Source: Malacoraja senta
Taxonomy: Eukaryota
Reading direction: 5' to 3'
DNA: 64,000 bases
Assembly: GCA_038087875.1 (NCBI GenBank)
Contig: CM075997.1
Location: 6,884,001 to 6,948,000, forward strand
The notes under the pieces were generated by a model. The model was not told the origin of the DNA. It did no database searches and saw nothing but the letters and a program-made list of their open reading frames with translations. The first letter of the stretch is position 1, and each line of letters opens with the position of its first letter. This document shows, piece after piece, positions 41,306 to 51,589 of the stretch. Both the position numbers and the translations under genes were made by a program.

Positions 41306-41608
41306 GCCCTCCTCTCCGTGCTTCACCTTTTCCCTTTTTAGTTCAGAGATACAGCGTGGAAACAGGCCCTTCAGCCCACCGAGTCCGTGCCGTCCAGGAA
41401 TCGCCCGTTCACACACTGGTTTATTCTAGAGATACAGCGCGGAATGTAAACTAAACTAATATTTGATACACTCTCTCCCCGTCTCTCTCTCACCCCCTCT
41501 CTCTTCCCCCTCTCTCTGATCTGAAACATCAACACCAATCCAGTGTAGATGATGACCTCCAAAGGGACTCTGGATAGGGAAGGGGGGGGTGGTGATATTT
41601 AGTGGTAC

Positions 41609-42108
41609 GGGCTCTACCCCACAGTGTGTCACTCCATCAGTGCAACCGCAAAGTGTGTCCCTCCATCAGAACTACTCCAGAATGTGTCATTACATCAGCA
41701 TTACCCCACAATGTGTCACCCCTTCAATGCTACTCTGCATTGTGTCGCTCCATCAGTATTACCCCAAGCTATGCCAGTCCATCAGGACAACTACATAGCG
41801 TGTTAGTCCATCAGTACTACCCCACAGTGTGTCACATCATCAGTACTAGCCCACAATGTGTCACTTCATCAGTACTACCCCACAGTGTGTCACTTCACCA
41901 GTACTACCCCACAGTGTGACACAACATCAGTACTAGCCCACAGTGCGTCACTTCATCAGTACTACCTCACAGTGTGTCACTTCATCAGTACTACCCCACA
42001 GTATGACACAACATCAGTACTACCCCACAGTATGTCACTTCATCAGTACTACCCCACACTGTATCAATTCATCAGTACTCCGCCACAGTGTGTCACTTCA
42101 TCAGTACT
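41609..42108. repeat. 29-bp minisatellite (~17 units, CATCAGTACTACCCCACAGTGTGTCACTT)
   Basis: Regular 29-nt period, more homogeneous toward the 3' end. Confidence 0.95.
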
Positions 42109-43238
42109 AAAGGAGAGATAGCGGAGAAGACGAAAGGGGAAGAGATGGAGGAAGAGTGAACTATTAAAGGGAGAGTGGGAAGATGAAGAGAGGGGGGAGT
42201 TCAGTGTAAGTGGGTTGGCAAAAGGGAGAGAGGGTCAGATACATTCAGAGAAGATCTGTATCTATTCGTTGGATCAATGGAGTCCGTGGTAAGTGAGCAG
42301 AACTATTCAAGGGAGAGATGCAGTGAGAGTTAGAGGGGGTAATGTGGTGAGGGGGAGTGGTTGACAGGGAGAGGGCGGAGTAGAGAGGGAGAACAGAGAG
42401 GGTAGGAGAGAGAGAATAACAGTTCAGTGAGAGGACAGCAGCAAGGATGGAGGTAGAGAGAAAGGGAGGAGGGAGATGTGCGGCATTATTCGCCGATTTA
42501 TTGATGTTTAGGAAAATTCTGAGGCGGCAATGTTTCTGTTCTCTGAGTGTTGTGAGTCTTTGAGTCGTTCTTCCCCAGAGGTGATGAAGGCAGAGAATGT
42601 TATTGTCCCAGGGCAACGTCAGATCCATTCCAGGCAAGCAAGGAGTGATGGTTACCGGGGTCGCTGGGAATGTGCGGTTGAGGTTACATTCAGAGGAGCC
42701 GCGATCACATTGAGTGGTGAAACAGAGTGGAGGGGGCATTTTAGTCAGAGGCGAACTGTTGAACCAATTCCTCAACCTGTGGACAAAGGTCGCCCAGTCC
42801 ACCTTCAAACTGGGCACCAGAAGCCCTGAGAGGGTCCCTGGTATTTGGGATTGCCTTGCTGAGCGAAGTGGATTGAAGGGAATCAGATCAACAACATGAG
42901 GTGGAGATTTGGATCTGATGGAATTTGAAACATTATCCTGTTTGCTGGAACAATGCCGCTCCCAATTTCCATCACCCAGTATCGCCGCAATTCCCAGTCT
43001 TTGGAGTTTCTCAATCAATTCCCAGAATAAATCACGACCTGTCTCAGCGGGGATTTCACTTGGCTGATGTCATCTGTTTGCGAATAATTTCAAAATCTCT
43101 ATTTTTTAAACTGTGTTGAAACTCCACTGTCCCGGTGGAGACGAGAAATGGTATAACATCTCGGAAAATGTTCTGCCCCAGCATTTCATTGCGAGAAATT
43201 ACCACTCGCTCACGGGGACACGTCGCTGGGCAAAGAAA

Positions 43239-43314
43239 ATGGGGGGAAAGGCTTTGGAATATGAGAACGTGGAGAAAATCTTGTATGTAATAATTGCTGT
43301 CGTTGGAGTCCCTG
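43239..43314 (+). CDS. GPR139/GPR142-like GPCR, coding exon 1 (N-terminus and first part of TM1)
   Basis: ATG in AAAATGG context; MGGKALEYENVEKILYVIIAVVGVP; donor G|GTAAGT, phase 1, compatible with exon 2. Confidence 0.85.
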
Positions 43315-43980
43315 GTAAGTGAGCAGAATAATTCAAGTTTAGAACTCCGTGTATTAACCGGTGTTGACCTGATTCTGATCATGTTTCAAACTTCCCAACC
43401 GATGATCGTTGTACAAGAATATGTGAAGTCTATCAATCCTCTCAGTGAAATATATTTAAATTAACGCTGTGATTTTTCTTATTTCAGAGAGCAGAATCTA
43501 GCCTTCTTTTTCTCTCGCTGCTGGGGCCCACTAGAATGATGTTCCTGCCTTCAGTGGGACCTTGCCCAGAGTTGTCCCATTGCTCGGGACAGACAGCTCT
43601 CCGGGACGGTGTGACTGGGAGGGGTTTCACTGTGTCTGAGTTATTGATCAGAGTGAACAGCCGTTCCTGTTGATACTGCGTCTCGCTGTGGAGTCTGTCA
43701 CAGTCGGATTCCACCGCCTGTTGATCAATAATTGGATCGATCTCCTTAACCAATGGCCGCGGATCTACCGGCGTGTGTGTGTTGTTACTGAACTGAACTC
43801 ACCTTGGAATGAATCTATTAACGGTGCCACTCTGCTGCCGGATTCTAATTTGTCCCTGCCTTCCCTCTGGCTCCCTCCTCGTCCCCATCAGATGCCGAGT
43901 TCCCAGAGCCCTGGTTAAACGCGGCTGGTCACGGTTAATTCTGTGAAAACGGCCCCATCAGAGACTGTGAGCAGGGTTAA

Positions 43981-45010
43981 CTATAGGGCGGTTGCACGTA
44001 AGGTCACCGGGACAAAGCGCTTGACGCATGGGAGCCGCTTAATTCATCTGGAGGACATCGCAGCTTCCGGTATATGTTGTTAATACACGAAACGCGTACT
44101 ATCCTACCTGTTAAAAACCACCAAAAGGGTGAATTTGTCTGCTGTAAATAATTGTGGAAGTCGGGATAACCGTGAGAGACATCTATCCTACTTCAGATTT
44201 CCAAACGTGAAGCGAAATGAAGGTAAAGAGAAGCGACAGCTGAAGGGATAACAACTGCTAAAGTGCTTGGCGAACATTTGGCCGTACAGATATCGAGATT
44301 GAAAATATTGGGAATTATCACAGTTGCTCACTGAATTTCATCAACAGAAAGGCATTATTTGTGTATTTTCTTGATTGGTATCTAAAAAGTCTCAGAGGTT
44401 GATTATGTCCAATTAACAGCTAACAATTATGCCATTCCTTGGCTTGCATCTGAATAAGATGTAGTTCAAAACCCACGTAAGGATTGCGATTTTTTAATGA
44501 TAAATTTTGCTTCAGATGCGTTTTCTTTTTGTATGTAAAAACCCACTTGAGAACCATCGGCGATTTAAAATGTTACAGCAAGATTTATCACCTCTGAAAC
44601 TTTTTAGATGACAAAGGAATCAATATAAAAACACAAATAATGCCTTACTGGTGATGAAATGCAGTGAGCAAACGCGATAATTCCCAATATTTTCAATCTC
44701 GATATCTGCACGGCCAATGTTCGCCAAGTACTTTAGCTGTTATTGTCCCTTTAGCTGTCGCTTCTATCTACCGTCATTTCAGCTCACTTTTGGAATTCTG
44801 AAGGAGGATAAATGTCTCTCATGCTTATCTTGATTTCCATAATTATTTACAGCGCAAATATTGACCATTCGGCGGGTTTTAACGGGCCCGCTACGCTGGA
44901 AACAATGGTCAGTGCTTCCCTGCAGTTCATCGCGTGTACTCCATTTGGCGTAGCGTGGCAACAGTATGGGTCACGGGTCCTGTCCCGACTGCCGTGCAAC
45001 CTGCCTATAG
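43981..45010. mobile_element. Non-autonomous foldback DNA transposon with THAP-coding arms (superfamily uncertain: ISL2EU/Harbinger- or Kolobok-related)
   Basis: Imperfect TIRs CTATAGGGCGGTTGCACG / CGTGCAACCTGCCTATAG; inner inverted arms ~44110-44370 and ~44625-44884 translate to MVNICAVNN..FRIP..IGR..RVCSLHF. Confidence 0.8.
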
Positions 45011-45270
45011 AAAGGACCATCCCGCCTATTGTAGCGGGTGGCTGCTCGTTCCCTCCCCGCCCTTTACCCCGCCCGCCCGCCCGTCGCCTTATCTCTTCTC
45101 CCCTGAAGCAGGCAGGGCGGGCACAGTCGGAGCCGGCTCTGACATTGTTAAACTTGCAGCCACGCACCGACTCCAACACTGCTGGTCTTTAGCTGAAAGT
45201 CGAGCCGGTGTTCAGCCCCGGAGACCGTTTTAAGTAAATGCCCAGTGTCCGTTCCCTTCTCTTCCCGCAG

Positions 45271-46178
45271 TGAATTTAGTGGCGATTGTGATCCTGTCCC
45301 GGGGAAAGTGCGGCCTCTCCACCTGTACCACTCGCTACCTGGTGGCCATGGCAGCGGCCGATCTACTGGTCGCCATCACCGACGTCATTTTGGTTCAGAT
45401 CAAATATCATTATTTTAATAGGAGTTTCCTGTCCATCTACCATGTGTGCAGTGTTAACGTTGTACTGAGGTTTGCAGCTATAGAATGTTCTGTCTGGTTC
45501 ACCGTCACTTTCACCTTTGATCGCTTTGTCGCCATTTGTTGCCAGAAGCTGAAAACTAAATATTGCAGCGGGAAAACTGCGGCTGTGGTTCTGGCAACAG
45601 CCGGCGTTCTGCTCTGTCTGAAAAACGTTCCCCGCTACTTCACATATGAACCCCGGACAATCATCGACAATGTCCCGTGGTTCTGTAGCCCGGTGGACAG
45701 TTATTTCACTGACCCCGGGTGGGTGGCATTTGACTGGATCGACACGGTTTTAACTCCGCTCCTCCCTTTCGCTGTAATCCTGCTGCTCAACGCTCTGACA
45801 GTCCGGCACATTATAGTGGCCAGTCGGGTCCGTAAGGGGCTGAGGGCTGAGAACAAGGGGGAGAACCGCAGTGACCCGGAGATGGAGAGCAGGAGGAGGT
45901 GTGTGGTGTTACTCTTCACCATCTCCAGCAGCTTCATCCTCCTGTGGCTGACGGTGGTTGTAAATTTCGTCTATTATCAGATCACAGGAATTGGAAATGA
46001 TCTGAATGATTCTCAATATATATTTACCTTCGTCGGGTATTTGCTAAAGAATCTCAGCTGCTGCACGAATACATTTATTTACGCGGTGACCCAGTCCAGT
46101 TTCAGGGAGCAGTTAAAGAGCGCGGTGAAATATCCGCTCACCTCAGTGCTTCGGCTCATTAATAAATCCGCGCCCTGA
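45271..46178 (+). CDS. GPR139/GPR142-like class A orphan GPCR, coding exon 2 (TM1-TM7 and C-tail); spliced product 327 aa
   Basis: Polypyrimidine tract and CAG acceptor at 45270; uninterrupted ORF with hydrophobic TM segments, TM1 Asn, AMAAADL, FTFDRFVAIC, PLLPF, TNTFIY. Confidence 0.92.
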
Positions 46179-46339
46179 GCGCATCCAAGAGACGGACGCA
46201 GTCTCTCCGTTCCGGACTCCGGCTCCAGTGTAGATGTTGACCATCTTGGGGACTCTGGATAAGGGAGGAGGAGGGGGGGGTCGGCCATTTTATCGCCCTC
46301 TGCTGGGAACAGGAGGCAAAAGTCGGCCATCTTGACACA

Positions 46340-47250
46340 GGTCCAAAACTCTCTCTCCCCCTCCCTCTCTCTCCCCATCTCTCACACTTTCTCTCCCTCC
46401 TCTCTCTCTCCGCATCGATCTCTCTCTCTCTATCTTCTCCCAATCTCTCTCCGCAATTTACTCTTTCGCCTCTCTCCCCCTCTCTTTTCTTTCTCCTCGC
46501 CCCCCTCTCTCTCACCCTTTCCTTTCCCCTCATTCTCTCTCCTATTTCCTCACTTCTCTCCCCCCTTTCTCCCCTATCTCTCTCTCTCTTCTCCCACTCT
46601 CTCCCCTTTTCTCTCCCCTATATCTCTCCCCCCTTCTCTCTCCCCTTCTCTCTCTTCACCTCTCACTCTCTCCCCTATCTCACTCCGCCCTCTCTTTCTC
46701 ACCGCCCTCTCTCTCCCCCTCACTACCTCCTCTATGTCATCCCCTCACCACCCACCCCCTCTATCTCTACCGCTTTCTCTTCCCACTCTCCCTGTCTATC
46801 TCCTCCCTNNNNNNNNNNNNNNNNNNNNNNNNNNNNNNNNNNNNNNNNNNNNNNNNNNNNNNNNNNNNNNNNNNNNNNNNNNNNNNNNNNNNNNNNNNNN
46901 NNNNNNNNNNNNNNNNNNNNNNNNNNNNNNNNNNNNNNNNNNNNNNNNNNNNNNNNNNNNNNNNNNNNNNNNNNNNNNNNNNNNNNNNNNNNNNNNNNNN
47001 NNNNNNNNTCTCTCCGCCCTCTTTCTCCCCTGCTCTCCCTGCTTCTCTCTAACCGCAATCGTTCTCCCCTCTCCCTCTACTCCTCCTCTCCCCCTCTCTC
47101 TTTCTTCTCTCTCCCTCTCTCGCTGCCCCTCTCTTTCCTTTCCCCCCCTCTCCACTCTTCCTTTTGCCTCTCTCTCTCTCTCTCACTCACTCTCTCCCCT
47201 GTCTCTCTCACCCTTTCCTATCCCCCACTCGCTGTCCCCACATCCCTCCT

Positions 47251-47322
<72 letters not shown>

Positions 47323-47440
47323 TCTGTCACTCTCTCTCTCTCTCTTCCCTCTCTCTCTCTTTCTCCCTCTCTCTCTCTCTCGCTCTCCCCCTCTTTCCTT
47401 TCCCCCTCTCGATCTCTCCCCTATCTCTCTCTCCACCTCT
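46340..47440. repeat. CT-rich low-complexity tract containing the assembly gap
   Basis: Direct observation. Confidence 0.9.
46809..47008. other. Assembly gap (200 N)
   Basis: Run of N. Confidence 1.
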
Positions 47441-47794
47441 TGTGATTCCGGCTCTAATCTTACCCCCTAGTCTGGTTCTGTCAAACATCGAATATGAAAC
47501 ACTGGAATGCAACTCTCTTTTTTGTATAACACCAATACAAATCCTAGTCCAATACCGCTGGTCCCATCCTTGTCTCTACTCATTCCAGCCCATCAGCCTC
47601 GTGCCAGTAGAACAGCTCCAATGTGCTATCCCAGAAGATGGGCTCACCCCGATGTGCTATCCCCTCTTTTATACCCTTACTGACCCTTGGCGCGAAAATA
47701 AATGGGGGAGGGGGGGCAACCCCTACAAGCAAATTATCAATAAGGATTACAAAATACATTAAATGACAGTTCCCTAACCCAATCACAAAACATA

Positions 47795-48430
47795 TGTTCA
47801 GCTCGAAGTCCATCATCAAGTTTGCTGATGACATTGTGGTGATGGGCCTGATCTCTGATTACGATGAGAAGGCCTACCTGGAGGGGGTGGCTGAACAGGC
47901 ACTCTGGTGTCAGAACAACAGCCTCCTCTTCAATGTCACCAAAACTAAGGAGCTGATTGTGGAGGCAACAAGCAAGGACGTCCACACCACGGGGGATAAA
48001 TGGGACAACTGTGGATAGGGTGAGTAGCTTTAAATAACTGGGAGCCCACATCACATCCCTCTCACACACCCCCCCCCCCCTTTGTAGGACCTATACACCA
48101 GGAGATGCAGATCCAGAGCCAGCAAGATCACGAAGGACCCCGCCACCCCAGCAACGGACTTTTCCAGCTGCTACGGCCAGGCAAGCGCCTCCACTGTCAC
48201 GCAGTGAAAACACAGAGGATGAGAAGGAGTTTTTCCCCACAGGTCATCAGGACTGTAAACTCTGATGTCAGCGGGGTGTAATTACTAACTGTCTTTTTTT
48301 GATGTAAATACTGGTTCTATTGTGTTGTGTTGTTCTGTTGTTTTGCACAATCCCGCAGGCATTGCCACTTCCATTTCACTCGACATCTTGTATGTGTGTG
48401 TGTGACAAAGAAAGTTGACTTGACTTGACA
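47795..48430 (+). mobile_element. Rex1-like 3' fragment (same subfamily as 37675-39741)
   Basis: IIKFADDIVVMGLISDYDEKAY; TTGAC tail. Confidence 0.8.
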
Positions 48431-48834
48431 TAGAACATGGTTTCCATAGAGAGCACTTAGTGGGAAACAAATTCTACTCAGTAAAGAAACACGATAGCAG
48501 GTAAAGTAAACAGTTTGTGTAAGGCCCATCTCCTTGACCAATCACGTAACGGGGCCAAGACCATGCATCATCGCGGCAACATTATTCTAACTCATCATTT
48601 CCCAACCAATCACAAGCATGCATTTGCAACAGGTCCCAGCTCCTTCTGCAAAACCTCACACATATTAACAATTAAAGGGCTTCTGGACATCAACCTTTAT
48701 TCAACCTGGTCCCAGGCTACAGACACACTGGAGCCACGATCCTCATGGTCTTTGAAGCGTTTGAAAAAGATGACAAGCTGGTTTTACAGAAGCAGAAATT
48801 CTCCCTTTGTCAAACACCCAAAATGCCTGATATT

Positions 48835-50165
48835 ATCACTCTCCCCTCTCTCTCCACCCTTTCTCTGTATCTTTATCTCACCTATTCTATCTTCCTCCCC
48901 TCTCTCTCCGCTGCCTCTCTCGACCTCACCCTCACCCCCTCCTTTCTCTCTCTTCCGCCCCTCTCTCTTCCCCTCTCTCTTCCCCTCTCTACCCATACTC
49001 CCCCTCTCTCTCCCCCTCTGTCTCCCCTCCCTCTCCGCCTCTCACTCTCCCCCAGTCTCTCCGCACTCCCTCTCTCTCCCTATCTTGCTCTCCCCCTCTC
49101 CCACTCTCTCTCTCCCTCTCCCGCTCCACACTGTCCCCTTCTCTCTCTCTCCCCTTCTCTCTATCTGACCTCACTCTCTCTCTCCTTTCTCTCTCGCTCT
49201 GCCCCCTCAATCCCCACCCTCTTTCTCCCCCACTCTCGCCCCCCTCTCTTTCATCTCCCTCTTTCTGATCTGAAACTCCACCACCTGGGTAGATGTTGAC
49301 CATCATGGGGACTGGATAAGGGGGGATGGTGATCTTTCGTGGATACGGGGGGGGGGGGGGGGGCGGCCATTTTGTAACCCTCCGCTGGGAACAGGAGGCA
49401 AATGTCGGCCATCTTGAAACAAGCCCCAAAATCCATCTCACCACCCTCTATCACCCTCTCCCTCACATTCACACTCTCTCTCTCCCCTCTCTTCCCTTTA
49501 CACCTCTCTCTCTGTCCCCTTTCTCTCTATCCCCACTCTCTCACCCTCTCTCACCCTCTGTCCTTTCCCCCTCTCGTTCTCTCCCCATCTCTCTCTCCCC
49601 TCTGTCTCTAACATATCTCTCTCACAATTCTCTCTCTCTGCCCACACACCCCCTCTTTCTCTCCACCTCTCACTCTCACCCCATCTCTCTCTCCTTCCTC
49701 ACTCTCTTTCCCCCACCTCTCTTATCCCCTCTCTCCCACTCTCTCTCACACCTCTCTCTCTCTCTCCCCTCTCTCTTTCTCCCCGCTTTCTCTCCACTGT
49801 CACTCTCTCACTCCCTACTATCTCTCCCGCTCTCACTCTTACCATTATTCCATCCCCCCTCTCGCTCTCTCTCCCATCTCTCTCCCAACATCTCTCTCCC
49901 ATTTCTGTCCCCACCTCTCTCTCTCTGTCTATCTCCCCACCCCTCTATCTCTCTCCACCCATCTCTCCCTCTCTCCCGCTCTCCCTCTCTCCATCTCTCT
50001 CTCCCTCCGTCCCCCTCTCCCTTTCCCTCTCCCCCTCTCCGCCTCCCCCATCCCCCTCCCCCTCCCCCTCCCCCAACCCCCCCACCCCCTGCCTCCTATC
50101 GCCCACTCCCCCTTTCCCACCCCCTCTCCCTCTCCCTCTACCTCCCTCTCCCACTCTATCTCCTT
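48835..50165. repeat. CT-rich low-complexity tracts
   Basis: Direct observation. Confidence 0.9.
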
Positions 50166-50179
50166 GGCAAACTGTAACC

Positions 50180-50979
50180 CGGCCAAACTATTTTTGCAGC
50201 AAACCAGTGCTTTCTCAGTATCATGATGGTTTTATTGACTTCCATTGGCACAACTATGGTCCTCGTGTTGATAAATAGCAATAAAAGTTCCCAATGATTC
50301 CAGAAAAGTCTGGAGGAAAGATTAGGTGTTGAGAACTCTCTTAAACCTGCATTAAGGACGCATTTTTATACCTGAGCAATTACAAACGTCTGCGAAGCTA
50401 TGTGTCCCAAACATTGTGGTGCCCTGAAATGGGGACTATATAAACATACCTGTAATTATACATGGTGAAACCAAAATGTACCAACATACACTTCAATAAA
50501 ATCTGACAATGTGCACTTTAACCACATGCAATTTTTTTCCATTACAAATCTCAAATTGTGGAGTACAGAAGCAAATAAATGAATGACGGGTCTGTGTCCC
50601 AAACACTGTACACTGCAAGGGCCAGGAAGCGAGCGGGTAAGATCATCTCTGACCCCTCTCACCCTGGCCACAAACTCTTTGAATCACTTCTGTCTGGAAG
50701 GCGACTCCGAACTGTCAAAGCTGCTACAGCCAGACATTAAAACAGTTTTATTCCACAAGCAGCAGCTCTACTCAACAGCCAAAAGTCTGTAGCCTATTTT
50801 TGCTCTGGTATTTTATTTAATTCTTCACATGTGAAATTATAATGTTCTATTTTTAATTGTCTACTGTATATCGTGTTGTTAGTTGCGAACAACGCATCAA
50901 GACAAATTCCTTGTATGTAGACATACTTGGCTAATAAAATGTCTTCAGTGTTTTCAATTCAATTATGGAGGGCACTGTA
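50180..50979. mobile_element. Tc1/mariner terminal fragment interrupted by a LINE tail
   Basis: Terminus ..TGTCCCAAACA[insert]TTATGGAGGGCACTG followed by TA; internal direct repeat TGTCCCAAACATT at ~50403. Confidence 0.7.
50606..50962 (+). mobile_element. Rex-type LINE 3' tail
   Basis: Translates ARKRAGKIISDPSHPGHKLFE; AATAAA followed by TTCAA repeats. Confidence 0.75.
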
Positions 50980-51589
50980 CATCAACAGCTGTCCACATTT
51001 CTCAAATATACAGATTAAGCAGAAGACATAATACAATTGGCTGTCATATACATTGGTCATTTTAATAACTGTCCCTGCTGATTGAAGTGTTTATTTCAGT
51101 TTCTACCGGTACCAGGTTTACACTGCATGAGGGGAGATATGCTCTCTTGAATTAATTGATAAATAAGCACATAAATAAAGTCTGCGTGTGAGGCAGCTTT
51201 CTCTGTACAGTTGTGTGGACAGCCTAGGACGATGAGTTGGTCATTTACACTAAGACCGAACTTGTTGTCTGGTCCGTGGGTTTGAATTCACATCTAGCTG
51301 CGACTGGTCTGAAGTTGTTCACTACAAAAGAAACAAAATAGATTGAACAGAGCCACAGCTCGTGTTCACCGGCTGGAACTAATATCCCCACTGGACAAAA
51401 GTCACAGTTACTTAACTCCCCCTTTCTCAGATCTGACGCTGCTCTTTAATGTTCCGCATTATGTGTTTTTCTTTCAATTGTATGCCGGAGAGAGTTAATT
51501 AGTATTTGTAGCTACTGTTAATTAAGTTGAAAATAACAAATTAATGCAATTTCACCTGTCGTCTTTACCAGCGTGGGTAGAGCAACAAG

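Noticed and set aside
41609..42108. CRISPR-like 29-bp repeats
   Set aside because: Head-to-tail minisatellite without spacers
42245..43018. 257-aa antisense ORF upstream of the GPCR
   Set aside because: No recognisable domain, non-ATG start, partly low complexity
43113..43238. Longer N-terminal extension of the GPCR
   Set aside because: Frame is open but has no in-frame ATG before 43239; cannot be supported without transcripts
46332..47762. 476-aa Ser/Leu/Pro ORF
   Set aside because: CT-rich low complexity spanning an N gap
48430..48830. Possible solo LTR (CCAAT boxes, AATAAA on the minus strand)
   Set aside because: No clear TG..CA ends, TSD or second copy visible
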